Origin: Nageia nagi
Taxonomy: Eukaryota; Plantae; Pinophyta
DNA length: 64,000 nucleotides
NCBI GenBank assembly: GCA_050084985.1
Contig: JBITNC010000001.1
Location: 3,968,001-4,032,000 of the forward strand
Reading direction: 5' to 3'
Part shown: positions 25,982-38,094 of the stretch, in pieces
How the letters are laid out: the number at the start of each line of letters is the position of its first letter
Position numbering within the stretch: position 1 is the stretch's first letter
Program-made: the position numbers and the translations under genes
The notes under the pieces: model-generated
What the model saw: only the letters and a program-made list of their open reading frames with translations
Databases searched by the model: none
What the model was told of the DNA's origin: nothing

Positions 25982-27861
25982 GTAGCACTTTAATTTTTCC
26001 ACTCATGATCTAATGTGAGATCGAACTGATGGAAAGTGCATTTTATGAGAGTATCATAAAAATAATATCCCAAAGAAAATTTGATAATATTAGTAAATTA
26101 ATATATTCCAAAATAAATATATAAATATATATTTTTTAAAATCAATTCTTACCATTTTGATCTTTAATTATTACACCTTTTTGATCCACTTTAATTTCAA
26201 TATCATTACTACCCTTGCATATCATAACCTTTTCTTGTTGCTTGATTTTTGACTCTATATATGCAATTATAATATTTACATTATCTTTATTGAATGTAAC
26301 ATTTAATTAATAAAAGGTAATTTCAATCATTTTTAAAAAAATAACAAATCAAAAAAATTTACCACCCTTTGGTGATGAGCTTGCTAATTTTCTGTAACTC
26401 TTTTATAATCTTCTTGCTAGCTGTGAGTTCCTTCTTCAACCTCTTTATCTCCTTTTTGGCTTCAGTTCCCATCATTCATGGAAGGAAGTCTGCTTCTGAA
26501 GGTGCAAAGGGGTGGTGCTAATTTTCTGTAACTCTTTTATAATCTTCCTGCTAGCTGTGAGTTCCTTCTTCAACCTCTTCATCTCCTTTTTGGCTTCATA
26601 GCCTTCCTGTTCCATAACTGTAGCATTTTGAGTAACAATGTGTTTCTTGGCTGTCAACCCTAGTTTCATTGGCATCTTGAAAATCTCAATGACATAGTCC
26701 TCCGCTCTTTGAGGGTGCTTCTCTTTCGAGTAGCAATGGCTGATGGAGATCTCCTTTCGAGAGGTAGAGACAAAAGTGTTCATCCTCCAAATCTTCTCTG
26801 CATTTGAAAGTTCTTCCTCCTGATCTTCAAAATGCAGGTCTTGGTTTATGTCTTCATCATGAGCCGTACTCATGCTGAGGGCTCTAAGGCAAGCATCCAT
26901 GTCAAGATTTGGATTTTCGGTTGCTGGTTGAGGGGGAAACCTTTGAACCAACAATCTTCCTTTATTAACCTTCTTGACTCCTTCGCTAGAGTGGTCTGAA
27001 CTACGGCCATTTCCTTGCCTTGATGCTCTTCCTGCTACCTCTTTTTTTTTTTGCTCTTCAGTCTCTCCTTTGTCTTCTTCATCTCCTCTATTACCGCCTA
27101 TAGATAAGCCTTTGTTCCGGGGTTGGGGAGATCTCTCATGACTCCTCTTGGTAGAGGATTGATGTGAAGAAGGGGACTTCTTCCTATGTTCGGTAGGAGA
27201 GGACATGGATGCAGCCACCTCTCTAGCGCATTTCTTCCCAATTATCTGGACGTTGTCATCATAGGTACCAACGTCCACTATCTTATCATCCGAGATGGTT
27301 TCAATCTCGGTTTCATCAGGTGCTGAAGCACCTACAACTACATCCTCTTTCTCAAACATATTGGCAGCGTTGTCAACATCATCATCATCTTCTTCTCTCT
27401 TGCTACGACTCTGTGATTCTTCTCCAGAATCTTCCACTGTACGGTCAGGATCTTCATTAGTTTCTTCATCGAAAGAAGAAGAGGAACGTTTAGAGCTATA
27501 GCTAGAACTTGGTTGTAAAGGGGGAACTTTTGCCCTTGGATTAGGAGAATTGGTGGATCTGGAAGGAATTGCCTTGGTGGACGAACCACTACCACAAGCT
27601 ACATTCACCACATCGTCCAACACATTCGAGGGGAGAGCGTGATATGCAGCATCTCTGAGATCAGCCTTTATTACTTTGCGCTTGTTGGGACCTAGGATGG
27701 GCTCTCTTGGGGCCTCTTGTCTTTTCCTGTAGGAAGTAAGATTGTCTTCCTTGGCAAGGATGTGGTGTGAGTAGCAACAGGAGACTTGATCCTTAGAGGG
27801 ACCCGTTTAGATCGGAGCTTGGTAGTTCGAGGCCTTTGAGGAGGCTTTTCTACTTGGAGGG

Positions 27862-30800
27862 TGTTGGGAAGCTTTTCTTTCCCACGCGGGACACTCTGAA
27901 TATTGCGAGCGGAACTTACGAGATCCCAATCAACATAGTTGGGAATGTGTTACCAATTCCCCTGTTTGGAAAGGACTGTGTACCTCCAAGGCTCTTGTTG
28001 AAACACCCTGCCAGCGATCCCAATGTCGTGATGTTGTAGGGTTTGTTCGCCCGATGTGTTTTCTAAATAGGGATAGATGTAGAAATAAAGTGCGATATCC
28101 CTCTTTGGAATCAGCCTCAATGGAATGGAATGAGAGGTATGTAGTCTGTTAATCAACGATGTTTTATTCTTTGATGTATAGAGTTTGTTCGGAACTTATG
28201 TGTGTGGACTTAACGATTGTATTTGGGTTTAAAAGCATAAAGAAAGCATAAAATGAAAAAAAAATGGTAAAAGGTGACGGACAACACCTTGGAGAAAGAA
28301 ATGGATACTTGTTCGGATTATGAGTTTGAGGTTCACTGACGGGAAAGTGTCTAAGAGTTGATCTCTTCTGAATCGGTTAAAGACTCTTCATCCAATTCAT
28401 CCAACCTTGCAAGCAAACAACTTAATGTTCGAATTGCTTCAAAGAGGAGCGGGGAGGAACGTCAGATGGGTGGAAACGGAAAGTTTCAACATGGGTGGAT
28501 CACCGTTTTGGATGGACTTAAAAAGATGTCATAGAAGTAGAAATCTAACATAGAATACCCAATCAACTTTCATGCTAAGGACCAAGCAACAAACATAGGT
28601 AGGCTTCAAGCACTTTTCAATGTTTTTTAGAGATAACTTCCCTAAAGCCCAAGAGCTTTCAAAGGAATAAAACGAAAGTACACAAACCCCCTATGAGTGC
28701 CCTAAAAGAATCAATCCATAGCATCAATATGAAAAGTGTCAAACTCAAGTCTTTGCATTAACCACTTTGTATTATCTTTGAAAAAGAGTTGTGTGCAAAG
28801 ATACATCAATTTGCTACTCTCTTACAAAGGTTCTCTCTTCAAGCTTGAAGTGTTTTGCTTCAAAATGAAGTCCTTCATATTTTCTTTGTAAAAGAGTTGT
28901 GCAAGGATACATCAATTTGCTCCTCTCTTACAAAAATTCTCTCTTCAAGAATGAAGTGTTTTCTTCAAAATGAAGTCCTTGAATGAAATGAGACCCTTGG
29001 TCTCTTATTTATAGACTTTAGGAAACCCTAAAAGTCACTATTGAAACCCTAATCTCTAATTGCAATAGTAAAACTATTTACAAACTAATTGAAATTGCTA
29101 ATTAAGATTACAATAGAACTAAGTTAGCCAATATTTGGTTTACGTATTAAAAATTTGCCAGAATAGACCCCTTTCTATTCTGGCGGTGGTAGGAAGATGG
29201 CTTGTACATTTGTGGCAATTTTGGCTTCAAAATCATCTTCCATGAACGTTTCTATGTTCTTGATGGCACGGTGGATTGTCTAGAGGGCTCCTTTGTCTGA
29301 TAGCAAATGCTCCAAGATGGCCTTATTGGTTTTGACCATTTCCTTGCATCGGGTGGCAAGTGTAACTCCACCTTTCATTTGTCTTCCTATCTTCAATGTT
29401 CCAAGCATCTAACGCCATTTGGCCCCTATCTCAGAGAACAACAAGAGTTAGAAGACTCATGGCACTTTTTAGGCAAGCAAAGAGAGTTTTTTGAAAAAAT
29501 TGGATTTTTTTGGCTTTTTTTTTGCTCTAAATGTGCCATCATTCAAAGTGCCATAATTTGTGAGTTTCAAGGCATTTTGAGTGAGTTTAGGATAACACAA
29601 GGGTAACTAACTCAGAGGAGAATGCCTTGGCAAAAATTTAGGACTTTTGGAGGATTTTTCAATTTTGGTAAAAAAAGTTGACTTTTTCAACAGAAAAATA
29701 GTGAAATTTGGCAAAATTGCCAAATAATGACGGAATCAAGTTCTAACAGCTTAGACGGATGAGAAATGTTTAGGGAAGATGTTTTGAACTTTGAAATGGC
29801 CAAAACGGACTTGGAAAACAATTTTTGGAATTTTTGAATTTTTTTTTGGATTTTTTTGAAATTTTTTGAAGAAATGAGGATTTTAAGCAATCTTAAGATT
29901 TTTTTTTGTGTTTTTTTGCTGAAAATAAAAGTTGATCACATGGATAAAGGGTATCCAAAAAAGTGATCAAATTAGAAATCTGAAAAAATAAAATTTCAAG
30001 TGTTTGAGGTTTGGAAAAATGGGATTTTGACATGAAAATCCTCAAAAACTTGGAAAATGAAGTTCATGTGAATGGAGGATGCTTGGATTTCGAATTTCAA
30101 TGGAGTTTGGGTAAATGGCCAATATGCTGTGTGTTTGAAAAAATCCTCAAAGGCTGAAAAATGGCTTCTTTTTTCACTTGGCTTTCAAATTCTCCAAAAA
30201 TTTGGGCAGCATAAGGGTGCAAAAATGAGAGGTGAGAAGAATGGAGGGATATGGCAGTATTTATAGACTTTGAGGGTTCAAATAGTGTCCATATGTCAAC
30301 ATCCTAGCTTTTTAGACCAAAAATTTTGCATTTTGGACTTATTCTCTTCATCCTCAATGTTGAAAAAGTGGAGAAAACATGGGAAAGAAGGCAAAACCAG
30401 CACCTACCTTTTGGAGGTTGATAACTTGCCTTTTTGGCAAATTTGCAAGAGGCAAAGATGCTCATATTTGAATTTGCCACCCTACCTCACTTTCCAATTT
30501 CTATTTTGAGACTTTTTTTGAAAAATTTGGAAAAGTTTGGAGCTCTCCCATTGGTTGATCCAAATTTTGTCATTTTGAGGGAATAGATCCACTTTTTTCA
30601 AAAAACTTAGAACTTGATAAAGATGCAAAATTGGATTTTCCATGCATCTAGGATCAAAAAATGTGATTTTTCAGCAAATTAGAGGGCTGGAAGGCTAGGC
30701 GCAGGTTTTGAGGGGTTTAGGCAAGTTTTGAAATTTCAAAAAATGGGGGATAACTTGCAAAACCAGCGCCTACCTTTTTGGGGGCCAAAACTTGTTTTTT

Positions 30801-33522
30801 TTGGAACATTGCAAGAGGCAATGTTGATCTTCATTGAATTTGGCACCCTACCTCACTTTTCTTTTTTGATTTTGAAATTTTTTTGAAAAATATGGAAATT
30901 TTTGAAGCTCTCCCATTGGCTGATCCAAATTTTGGGATTTTGAGGGAGTAGATCCACTTTTTTCAAAAAACTCAGATCTTGAATGTTGTGCAAAGTTGGA
31001 TTTCCCATGCATCTAATATCAAAATTTTCAATTTTTGAGCAAAAAAGGAGGGTGGAATGCTAGATGCTGGTTTTGAGTGTCTTGGCATGTTTTTGGAAAG
31101 TTAGAAAATGGGGGAAACATGCCAAAACTGCCGCCTAGGTTTTTGGGTGACAAAAATTGATTTTTTTGCAATTTTTCAAGAGGCAAAGTTGATCTCCTTT
31201 GGATTTGACACCCTACCTCATTCTCATTTTTTTTGACTTTGCAACTTTGGAAAATTTTAAAAAATTTGGAGCTCTCCCATTGGCTGATCCAAATTTTGGG
31301 ATTTTGAGGGAGTAGATCCACTTTTTTCAAAAAACTCAGATCTTGAATGTTGTACAAAATTGGATTTCCCATGCATCTAGGATCAAAATTTTCAATTTAT
31401 GAGTAAAAAAGGAGGGTGGAATGCTAGGCGCTGGTTTTGAGGATCTTGGCATGTTTTTGGAAAGTTAGAAAATGGGGAAACATACCAAAACTGCCTCCTA
31501 GGTTTTTGGGTGACAAAAATTGATTTTTTTGCAATTTTTCAAGAGACAATGTTAGTCTCCTTGGAATTTGCTACCCTATCCCACTTTCATTTTTTTATTT
31601 GGCCAACTTTGGAAATTTTTTGGAAAATTTGGAGCTCTCGTATTAGTCAATTTAATTTTGATGATTTGAGGAGGTAGATCTCATTTTTTTGAAAAACTCA
31701 AATCATCAATCTTGTGTAGAATCCCATTCTATACCCCATGAAGGTCAAAATTTTCAATTTTTTTCAAATTTGGAGCACAAGAAGGGTAGGCGCAGGTTTT
31801 GAGGCATTTAGGCCATTTTTCAATTTTTGGGTTTTGAGGGAAACAAGGCAAAACCAGCGCCTAGCTCTAGGAGGGGTATTTTTTGGTCAATTTAGAAAAT
31901 TCCAAAAGGAAAGGTGCTTAATTTTCTATTTGCCACCCTACCTCATCTTTGGATTTTCATTTTTGCAATTTTGAAATTTTCAAAATTTTAGAGCATTCCT
32001 ATTGGCTGTCCTTTTACTCATTTTCCTGTTTTTTATTTACTTTTCGTGGAGCAAAACTCGTCGAAATCGCAAACTTAAAAGACCAATTTGATGTAGAATC
32101 GTGTTCCCCACGAACTTGAACTCAAAAATCGCCATTTTGGATCAATCTGGGCCTCCCAAAAGGTAGGCGCAGGTTTTGAAGAGAATAGGCCATTTTTCGA
32201 AATTTGATTAAGTGAAGGAAAACTTGGAAAACTTCCCCCTAACTTGTCGGGGCTCAAAAGTCGAGTTTTTTGACATTTCCAAGAGCAAAGTGACCTTGAT
32301 TTGTCATTTGGGATCACACCTCTCTCTCGGATTTTCATTCTGAGCACTTTAAAAAAAAACTCACTTTTTTGGGGTCAACTTGAAGCTTTTCGCACTTCAA
32401 AACACTCACTTTTTTATTTTACTCCCCAAGGGTGTTCAACTTACTGTTTGACTCATTCTAGGACATACTTGATCCTTTCCAGTCTTTTATAGGCCCAAAC
32501 TGATGCATTTTCGCCATTTCTGGGCTCTAAGTATGAATTTTGACCATTTTTGGCTTTTTTGGACATTTCTGAGCTTGAACGGTAAAAAATGATCATTTCA
32601 GGCATTTTGAGCTCAAAACTTACATTTCCGACATTTTGGGCTCAAAACTTACATTTCCGGTGTTTCCGAGCATATCCAAGCATTTTGAACTCAACTTGAC
32701 AATTTTGGTCATTTTCGAGCTTTTCGGGCCTAAATTGTGCAAAACCACATATTTTCACTATACTGATCACTTTTGGGCTCAAAAATTGACCAAAACATGC
32801 TTTTCCATGCTACTGACCATTTTCTGGCTCTCTAAGCTCAAAATTGACAAAAATGCGCCTTTTGACTGTAAATGCTCTTTTTGGGTTCAATTTGTGCAAA
32901 AACGTGCATTTTCATGCTACTGACCATTTTCTAGCTCTTTGAGCTCAAAAGTGATGAAAACACAGTTTTGTACCATATTTGCCCTTTTTCCAGTTTTCAG
33001 GGGTCAAAATTGACAAAAACATTCATTTTTGTCATCCTTACTGTTGTAACTGGACTTGGATTCAAACTTGACAAAAAACGTTCATTCTGTCATCTGGGCA
33101 CTGTTATGTTCAAATTCTGCAAAAACATGCCTTTCTGTTGCGCTTGGTACCTGTGAACTGATTCTGTGCAAAAACGCTCCTTTTTCGTCAACATGGCTCT
33201 TCTGGATTGAAATACTGTCAAAATGCATCTTTTTCACCTTGTTGGCCAATCGCTTAAAAGTCCACTATCTGGTTGCTGTCATGATCCGTGACTCCATTCT
33301 ACTAGAAGTTGCTTGAGATCGGGCCCTGACTTGGCCATTGGCTAAGTTGAACTCTCTACATGACTCTGGGGCATGTCTCCTTGGTGTTCAATCATCTAGG
33401 CCTTAGGATATTTGCACTGGCTGTAGTTTGATCAAGCCCGGGCAATGGTGCTCATTGCCTTAGTAAGAAAAAATTGGGTCCCCAAAATGCTGCATCTTGG
33501 GGTGTGTTGTACGGGGACAACA
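27862..33522 (-). mobile_element. Giant solo LTR, 5661 bp (non-chromovirus gypsy, Tat/Ogre/Athila-like)
   Basis: TGTTG...CAACA termini; TSD GAGGG at 27857-27861 and 33523-33527; flanking ORF rejoins; minus-strand CTATAAATA at about 29010. Confidence 0.9.
30270..32330. repeat. Tandem array, ~365-bp period, inside the solo LTR
   Basis: CCATTGG(C/T)TGATCCAAATTTT-like anchor at about 30549, 30913, 31278, 31642 and 31999. Confidence 0.88.
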
Positions 33523-34015
33523 GAGGGGAGCCTTTTTCTTTCTCAAAAGAGCATCTATGCGTGCAATTTCCCCTTTATCATGTACATTTCTATATTTCTC
33601 CTCATTTCCCAAAGGCTTGTGTGGAAACACAATGGGCCTATGGAAAGCTATCTCATAGAAATGTGCTATTATTCCCTTAGGATCATTGCTCTTAGTAGCA
33701 GCTTCCCTGAAGAAGTTGTATGTTGTAGCTTTTCCCTCACATGTGTTGCCTCCACCCACGTCTGGCACACAGATTTGGATATAGAAATAGGTAAGTTTAT
33801 AGTGGCATTCTTCTTCCAGACCTTCTCCATCAGGAACAAGAGTTGCCTGGCAAACTCCATGAGAATCATCCTATCACTGGCATATCTCGGCAGGAGTAGG
33901 GGTTTCTCTTGTGAGCCATAGAACCTGATGTATGTAAAATCAATGTCCTGCAGAAAGAAATCTGCATGTACATTGATGGCTTGACCAGTTGCATCAAAAA
34001 TCCTCTTCACAACAC

Positions 34016-34445
34016 CCCTTGGGGCGTGACTATCGCTGGTATCGTCGGGCACCAGCATAGACATTATGCTTCGCAAGCGTGGTATGACCAACGGCACGAC
34101 CTACATGTCTAGCCAACTCCGCCTTACCGTCAAATCCATAGTTGCATGCTACTCGAGGTCTCATACCTCTAGGGCTTGATCCGGCCCCTTGGAGCACCGT
34201 ATTGTCATAGTTACCAGAGAGCCTGGCACACACCACCCAACCAACGGCCTTCTAACGGGTTTCACCCCTAAGGTCCCCCTGAGCTTTATTCACCCTATCA
34301 CCCCGATTAGTACAACCATAGGAACGAACTCACTTCCATGCTCGCCATGGTTCCTCTAACACGATGATCCGGGTTCGGAATGGCTCCCCGTGTGCTAGAG
34401 GTTACGCTCTATGCACACTCACCACCTCAGGAGAGGCGACCCTCT
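34016..34445. other. GC-rich, hairpin-dense 430-bp insertion of unknown class
   Basis: Absent from homologous positions in copies B (~41985) and C (~52250); many short inverted repeats. Confidence 0.75.
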
Positions 34446-35149
34446 CACATTCTCCCCTTTGATATCTTTGTAGATATCATATTCCCAGTAATCGGTCCTC
34501 TTATAGAAGTACTGGTCAAAAGAGGGCCAAAAACAAGGGCGCATGTTTCTTGAAGGGTGCAAAAGGACGTGATGAAAATGATGCGACTAGGTCCTTAAGC
34601 ACTTAGCCAAATTCCAGACTAGATTTGAAGTTTAACTCCTAGTCTCACCCTTTTGGAGGGGTGCTAAAAGCATGCGCCTCAATCCTTACGCTTGATTCCT
34701 GGCATGCTTTCGAAGGCCTGAGATCTCAAGAAAACTTCAAAAAAATGCAAGTTTGTCCTTGGCCACATGTTGAGGAAGGAGTTCTTTCTCTTCTCTACTC
34801 CCACGCTCTGCCCCAGATAGGTTTGCAAATTGAAACAAAGGGGCTGACTTCCCTTTTATAGCCCTCAGGATGGGATAGGTGTCGCCATGGGATAGGCGTG
34901 GAAGGAGGTCCAGTGCATGGGTTCCCACTTGTCAACGACGAAGTCCAACACTTAGCCAATTTTCTTTTCCTTATTCTGGTTGCATGGTTCTGGACGAGTG
35001 CAAAAGGACCCCTCCAAAACCTTGCGACAAGCCTTGATGCCCAAGAAAACGACTAAGTATCCTCTACCTTGGTCGCATCCTTTTAGACGAGTGCAAAAGG
35101 ACTCCACAAAAAGATTGCTACAGCCTTAAAGCTCAGAAAAAATGCTTAG

Positions 35150-35303
35150 TATGAAATCTACTAACTCATGTTTTCAAACCATAGATTTCATGTCTTGCAA
35201 ATCAGTATATATGAAATCTGCTAACTCATGCTTTCCAACTTTAGATTTCATGTATTGCAAATAGGCATATATGAAATCTACTAACTCATGTTTTCCAAAT
35301 TTA
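35150..35303. repeat. 60-bp tandem repeat, about 2.5 copies
   Basis: ATGAAATCT(A/G)CTAACTCATG at 35151, 35211 and 35271; each unit has the inverted repeat ATGAAATCT/AGATTTCAT. Confidence 0.9.
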
Positions 35304-37860
35304 GCTCTGATGCAAATTGATCATAGACTGAAAGTGCAAGGGATGCAGTAGCTTTTCCTCCCTTCTCCATGTCCACCAATGAGTAGCACAAAAGCCCCAA
35401 ACATGTGTCAAAGTTTGGCAAGAAGATTGCCCACATTGGTTGTTTATTCTCCCCTCCAACAATGCAAGGAGTCCCATCCAACAAGTCTCCCACTGAGCTC
35501 TAACGGCTGCCAACAAATCATTCTCCACAATGCTCATAGAAGCCCACACAATGCCTCCCTCTTTACCACATTGTATTGCGGTCTTGCTCCCCGTAGTGCA
35601 ACCCATGAGGAATGAAAGAAAGCTTCCAAAGCTTGGCCAATGAATTTCCAAACAGTCCCTCTTGCAACAACAGCCAAGACAGCGGCCAACGACAACCAAG
35701 ACAACGACCAACGAACTTGCTCTATCCTTGGCGGCTTCAGGTTTGTGATGAGAACTTCTCCAAATGATCTTGAAGAAGATCATTAATGCCCTTTTTGCAG
35801 CAGCTGGTAGGACATGATTATGTGTTCTGCTTGGAGCATTAACATCCTCCAATGTCACCCAAACACCCTTCATTTCTCCAGCCATCAATACAATCCTCCG
35901 CACATGCATACCAGTGTCCAAACCATCATCTAATGATGTAGAGGTAGCAGGTATTTCAACAGCAATCCTCAAAGTATCCATGAGATGGACTAGAGCCTTA
36001 ACGTCCTTCAATGCAAGGGAAGTTTCCTCCAAACTTGTGTCCATAGCCCAACCACATGCAGGCCTTGAAAGTGCTATCATCTCCAAACTCAAAATGAAGT
36101 CAAAAGTCAATGAATCAAAATTATCATGCAAAACATACCTTTTGAAAATCGGGCGATCATCTTCCTAGCCTAAGGATTGGTGACTCAAGAGTACAGAAGT
36201 GCTCTTAAGACCCTTAGAAGCCAAACGTTCCACATCCACCCTTGAAGGGCTCTCCTCTCCTCCTATGTCCCTCTTGCCTGGTCGTCCATCTTTTCATACC
36301 ATCTCCAAATGACTAGATGAAGCTTGGGGAAAACAATCCTTGGTGCCTTGCAATGTATACTTCTTCCCATCTACTTCAAATTTCATCACCAACTTCTGAT
36401 AATTTGAGCGAATGTCTTCCAAGTTGTACAACCTTTGGACTTCCAAAAGCAAATGTGGAATGCCATCCAAGGGGTAAATGTAGAAATCTTCCCAAGCCAT
36501 ATAGTCCTGGACCCTTATGCCAAACTTCTCCACTATCCTATCAACCAACGTGAGTTTCCCATTGGCATTGGTGACATAGAATCCTTCAAACTCCTTGGTC
36601 TTTGAGTCCTTTCTTGTGCACAAATTCTTCATCAATGAAGTTGTGTGTGGCTCCTGGATCTATCAACAACATCACCTCTTGGTTTGCAACCATCCTCTTA
36701 ACCTTGAGCGTGAAGTATTTGGGTATTCCAAGTTCAGTTCTCCCAAGTCCAGCTCTAAATCTGAATCATCATGCTCTGAAATCACCTCGATGTAGTGGAC
36801 TTGTCCCTTGCTCAAGCACATATGGCCACGCTCCCAAGGTTGCTTGCAACTGAATCATGTTCCTCTTCATTAATTCTTTCCTCGTCTCCTGGCTCGTCTT
36901 GCTCTCTTCCGGAGGTTGGCTTCTTTTGATGGTTTGAGGTCTCATCTCCAACGCCCCTCTCCCAGACGTCCCCATACAGGGTGGAATAGCGGGCTTGATC
37001 CTCATCATGCCAGGTTCCAAATCCAACACCCTCTTGATGGCATCTTGAGCTACATTGGGGAGAAAGCCTTAACCAACCCCTCAATGGTTTCGCTAATCCC
37101 TCCATGAAGAGGAAGGTAATCCTCTTCTCCGAAATGCTAGGAACCATCACAGTGATTTGTTGGAAATCCGCCACATACTTTTGCACTAACCGCCTTTGCT
37201 TTACTGCTGTCAAATCTTGGAAATAATCATCCTCATCTTTTTGGTTGAAGCGATCTATCTTCCTTTTGTTGAACACATCAAATGAAGTGATAGCCCCATG
37301 ACCCTGCGTAGTCATGCCATGCTGCCACCAGTCATATGCTAGGCCATCCAAGTGTAGTGTTACAAATCGTATGGCATTGTCCATCATGGGACTAAGCGTG
37401 AAGTATGTCTACAGCTTTTATAGCCTTTCCCTTGGAGTCATCTTGTTGCTTCTATCGAACAAGGGCACTTGCATTTTGCGCAACCTTTGTTGCAAATCTC
37501 TCCTATTCTTTCATGGTCTGTTATGAGAATGACTCTCGTTGGCCCTCTTGCCTAAAAATTCTAGATACATGCAAAAGGTCACATGCTCTTGAATTTTGGT
37601 GAATTTGTAGAGTAATGCCGATACAATTGATTGAGCTCAAGTGGTGAAATCAAGCTCATATTACTCTCTTGCCTTTGCATAAACATGGGCTTGTTGGGAT
37701 GTGGTAGAGGTGGAGGTGTTGCGACCTTCTTTGGAACGTCCCTCTCAAAAAATCTCTCCATCAACGGTTCTCTGGCAAGTGGATCTCTGGTAGACCCCAT
37801 CCTGAATAGTGAGTATCTCCCATCTTCCACCATTATGGAAAACCTAGCTCTCTGAAACAC
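35150..37860 (-). mobile_element. Fragment of non-autonomous gypsy (gag + protease), related to 1-5359; both LTRs lost
   Basis: AIRFVTLHLDGLAYDWWQHG (gag) and FEGFYVTNANGKLTLVDRIVEKFG (protease), near-matching element 1. Confidence 0.85.
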
Positions 37861-38094
37861 TGGATCTCAATATGAAGAAACAATAGAGCAAGATACAAAC
37901 AATATGACCCAAGAGGGTTGACGTCTGGCTCAAGGGATCAGATATAGGGCACAACACTCTCCAAATGCTATTAGAAGTTGATGTTGCATTGCTAGGGCCT
38001 TCAACCCTCGGATCTAAGATGCAAGACTGGATTTGACTATGGGATTCTGTCCTTAGCCAAGATCTAGTGAAGGCAACATCCCACTAAACGCTTT

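Larger units (their letters stand above)
25708..34493 (-). pseudogene. Accessory ORF of giant-LTR family, copy A (pieces 25708-25918, 26462-27861, 33528-34015, 34449-34493)
   Basis: Homologous to copies B and C (YIRFYGSQEKPLLLPRYASDR, DACLRALSMS, MEQEGYEAKKE); interrupted by three insertions. Confidence 0.85.

Noticed and set aside
26472-27623. 383-aa ORF as a host gene
   Set aside because: It is the linker region of the TE accessory ORF, present three times in the window.
29300-33320. Many short F/K/L-rich ORFs, also at 55590-61200
   Set aside because: By-products of A/T-tract repeats in LTRs; no domains.
34016-34445. 5S rRNA/Cassandra, group II intron, hammerhead ribozyme or spliceosomal intron identity for the insert
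   Set aside because: Only short chance-level 5S-like words; no domain V or CTGATGA..GAAA core; GTGAG..AG splicing would leave the ORF out of frame; the TG..CA reading (34020-34449) has no 5-bp TSD.
35150-35303. CRISPR-like array
   Set aside because: Whole 60-bp units repeat without unique spacers, in a eukaryotic TE context.
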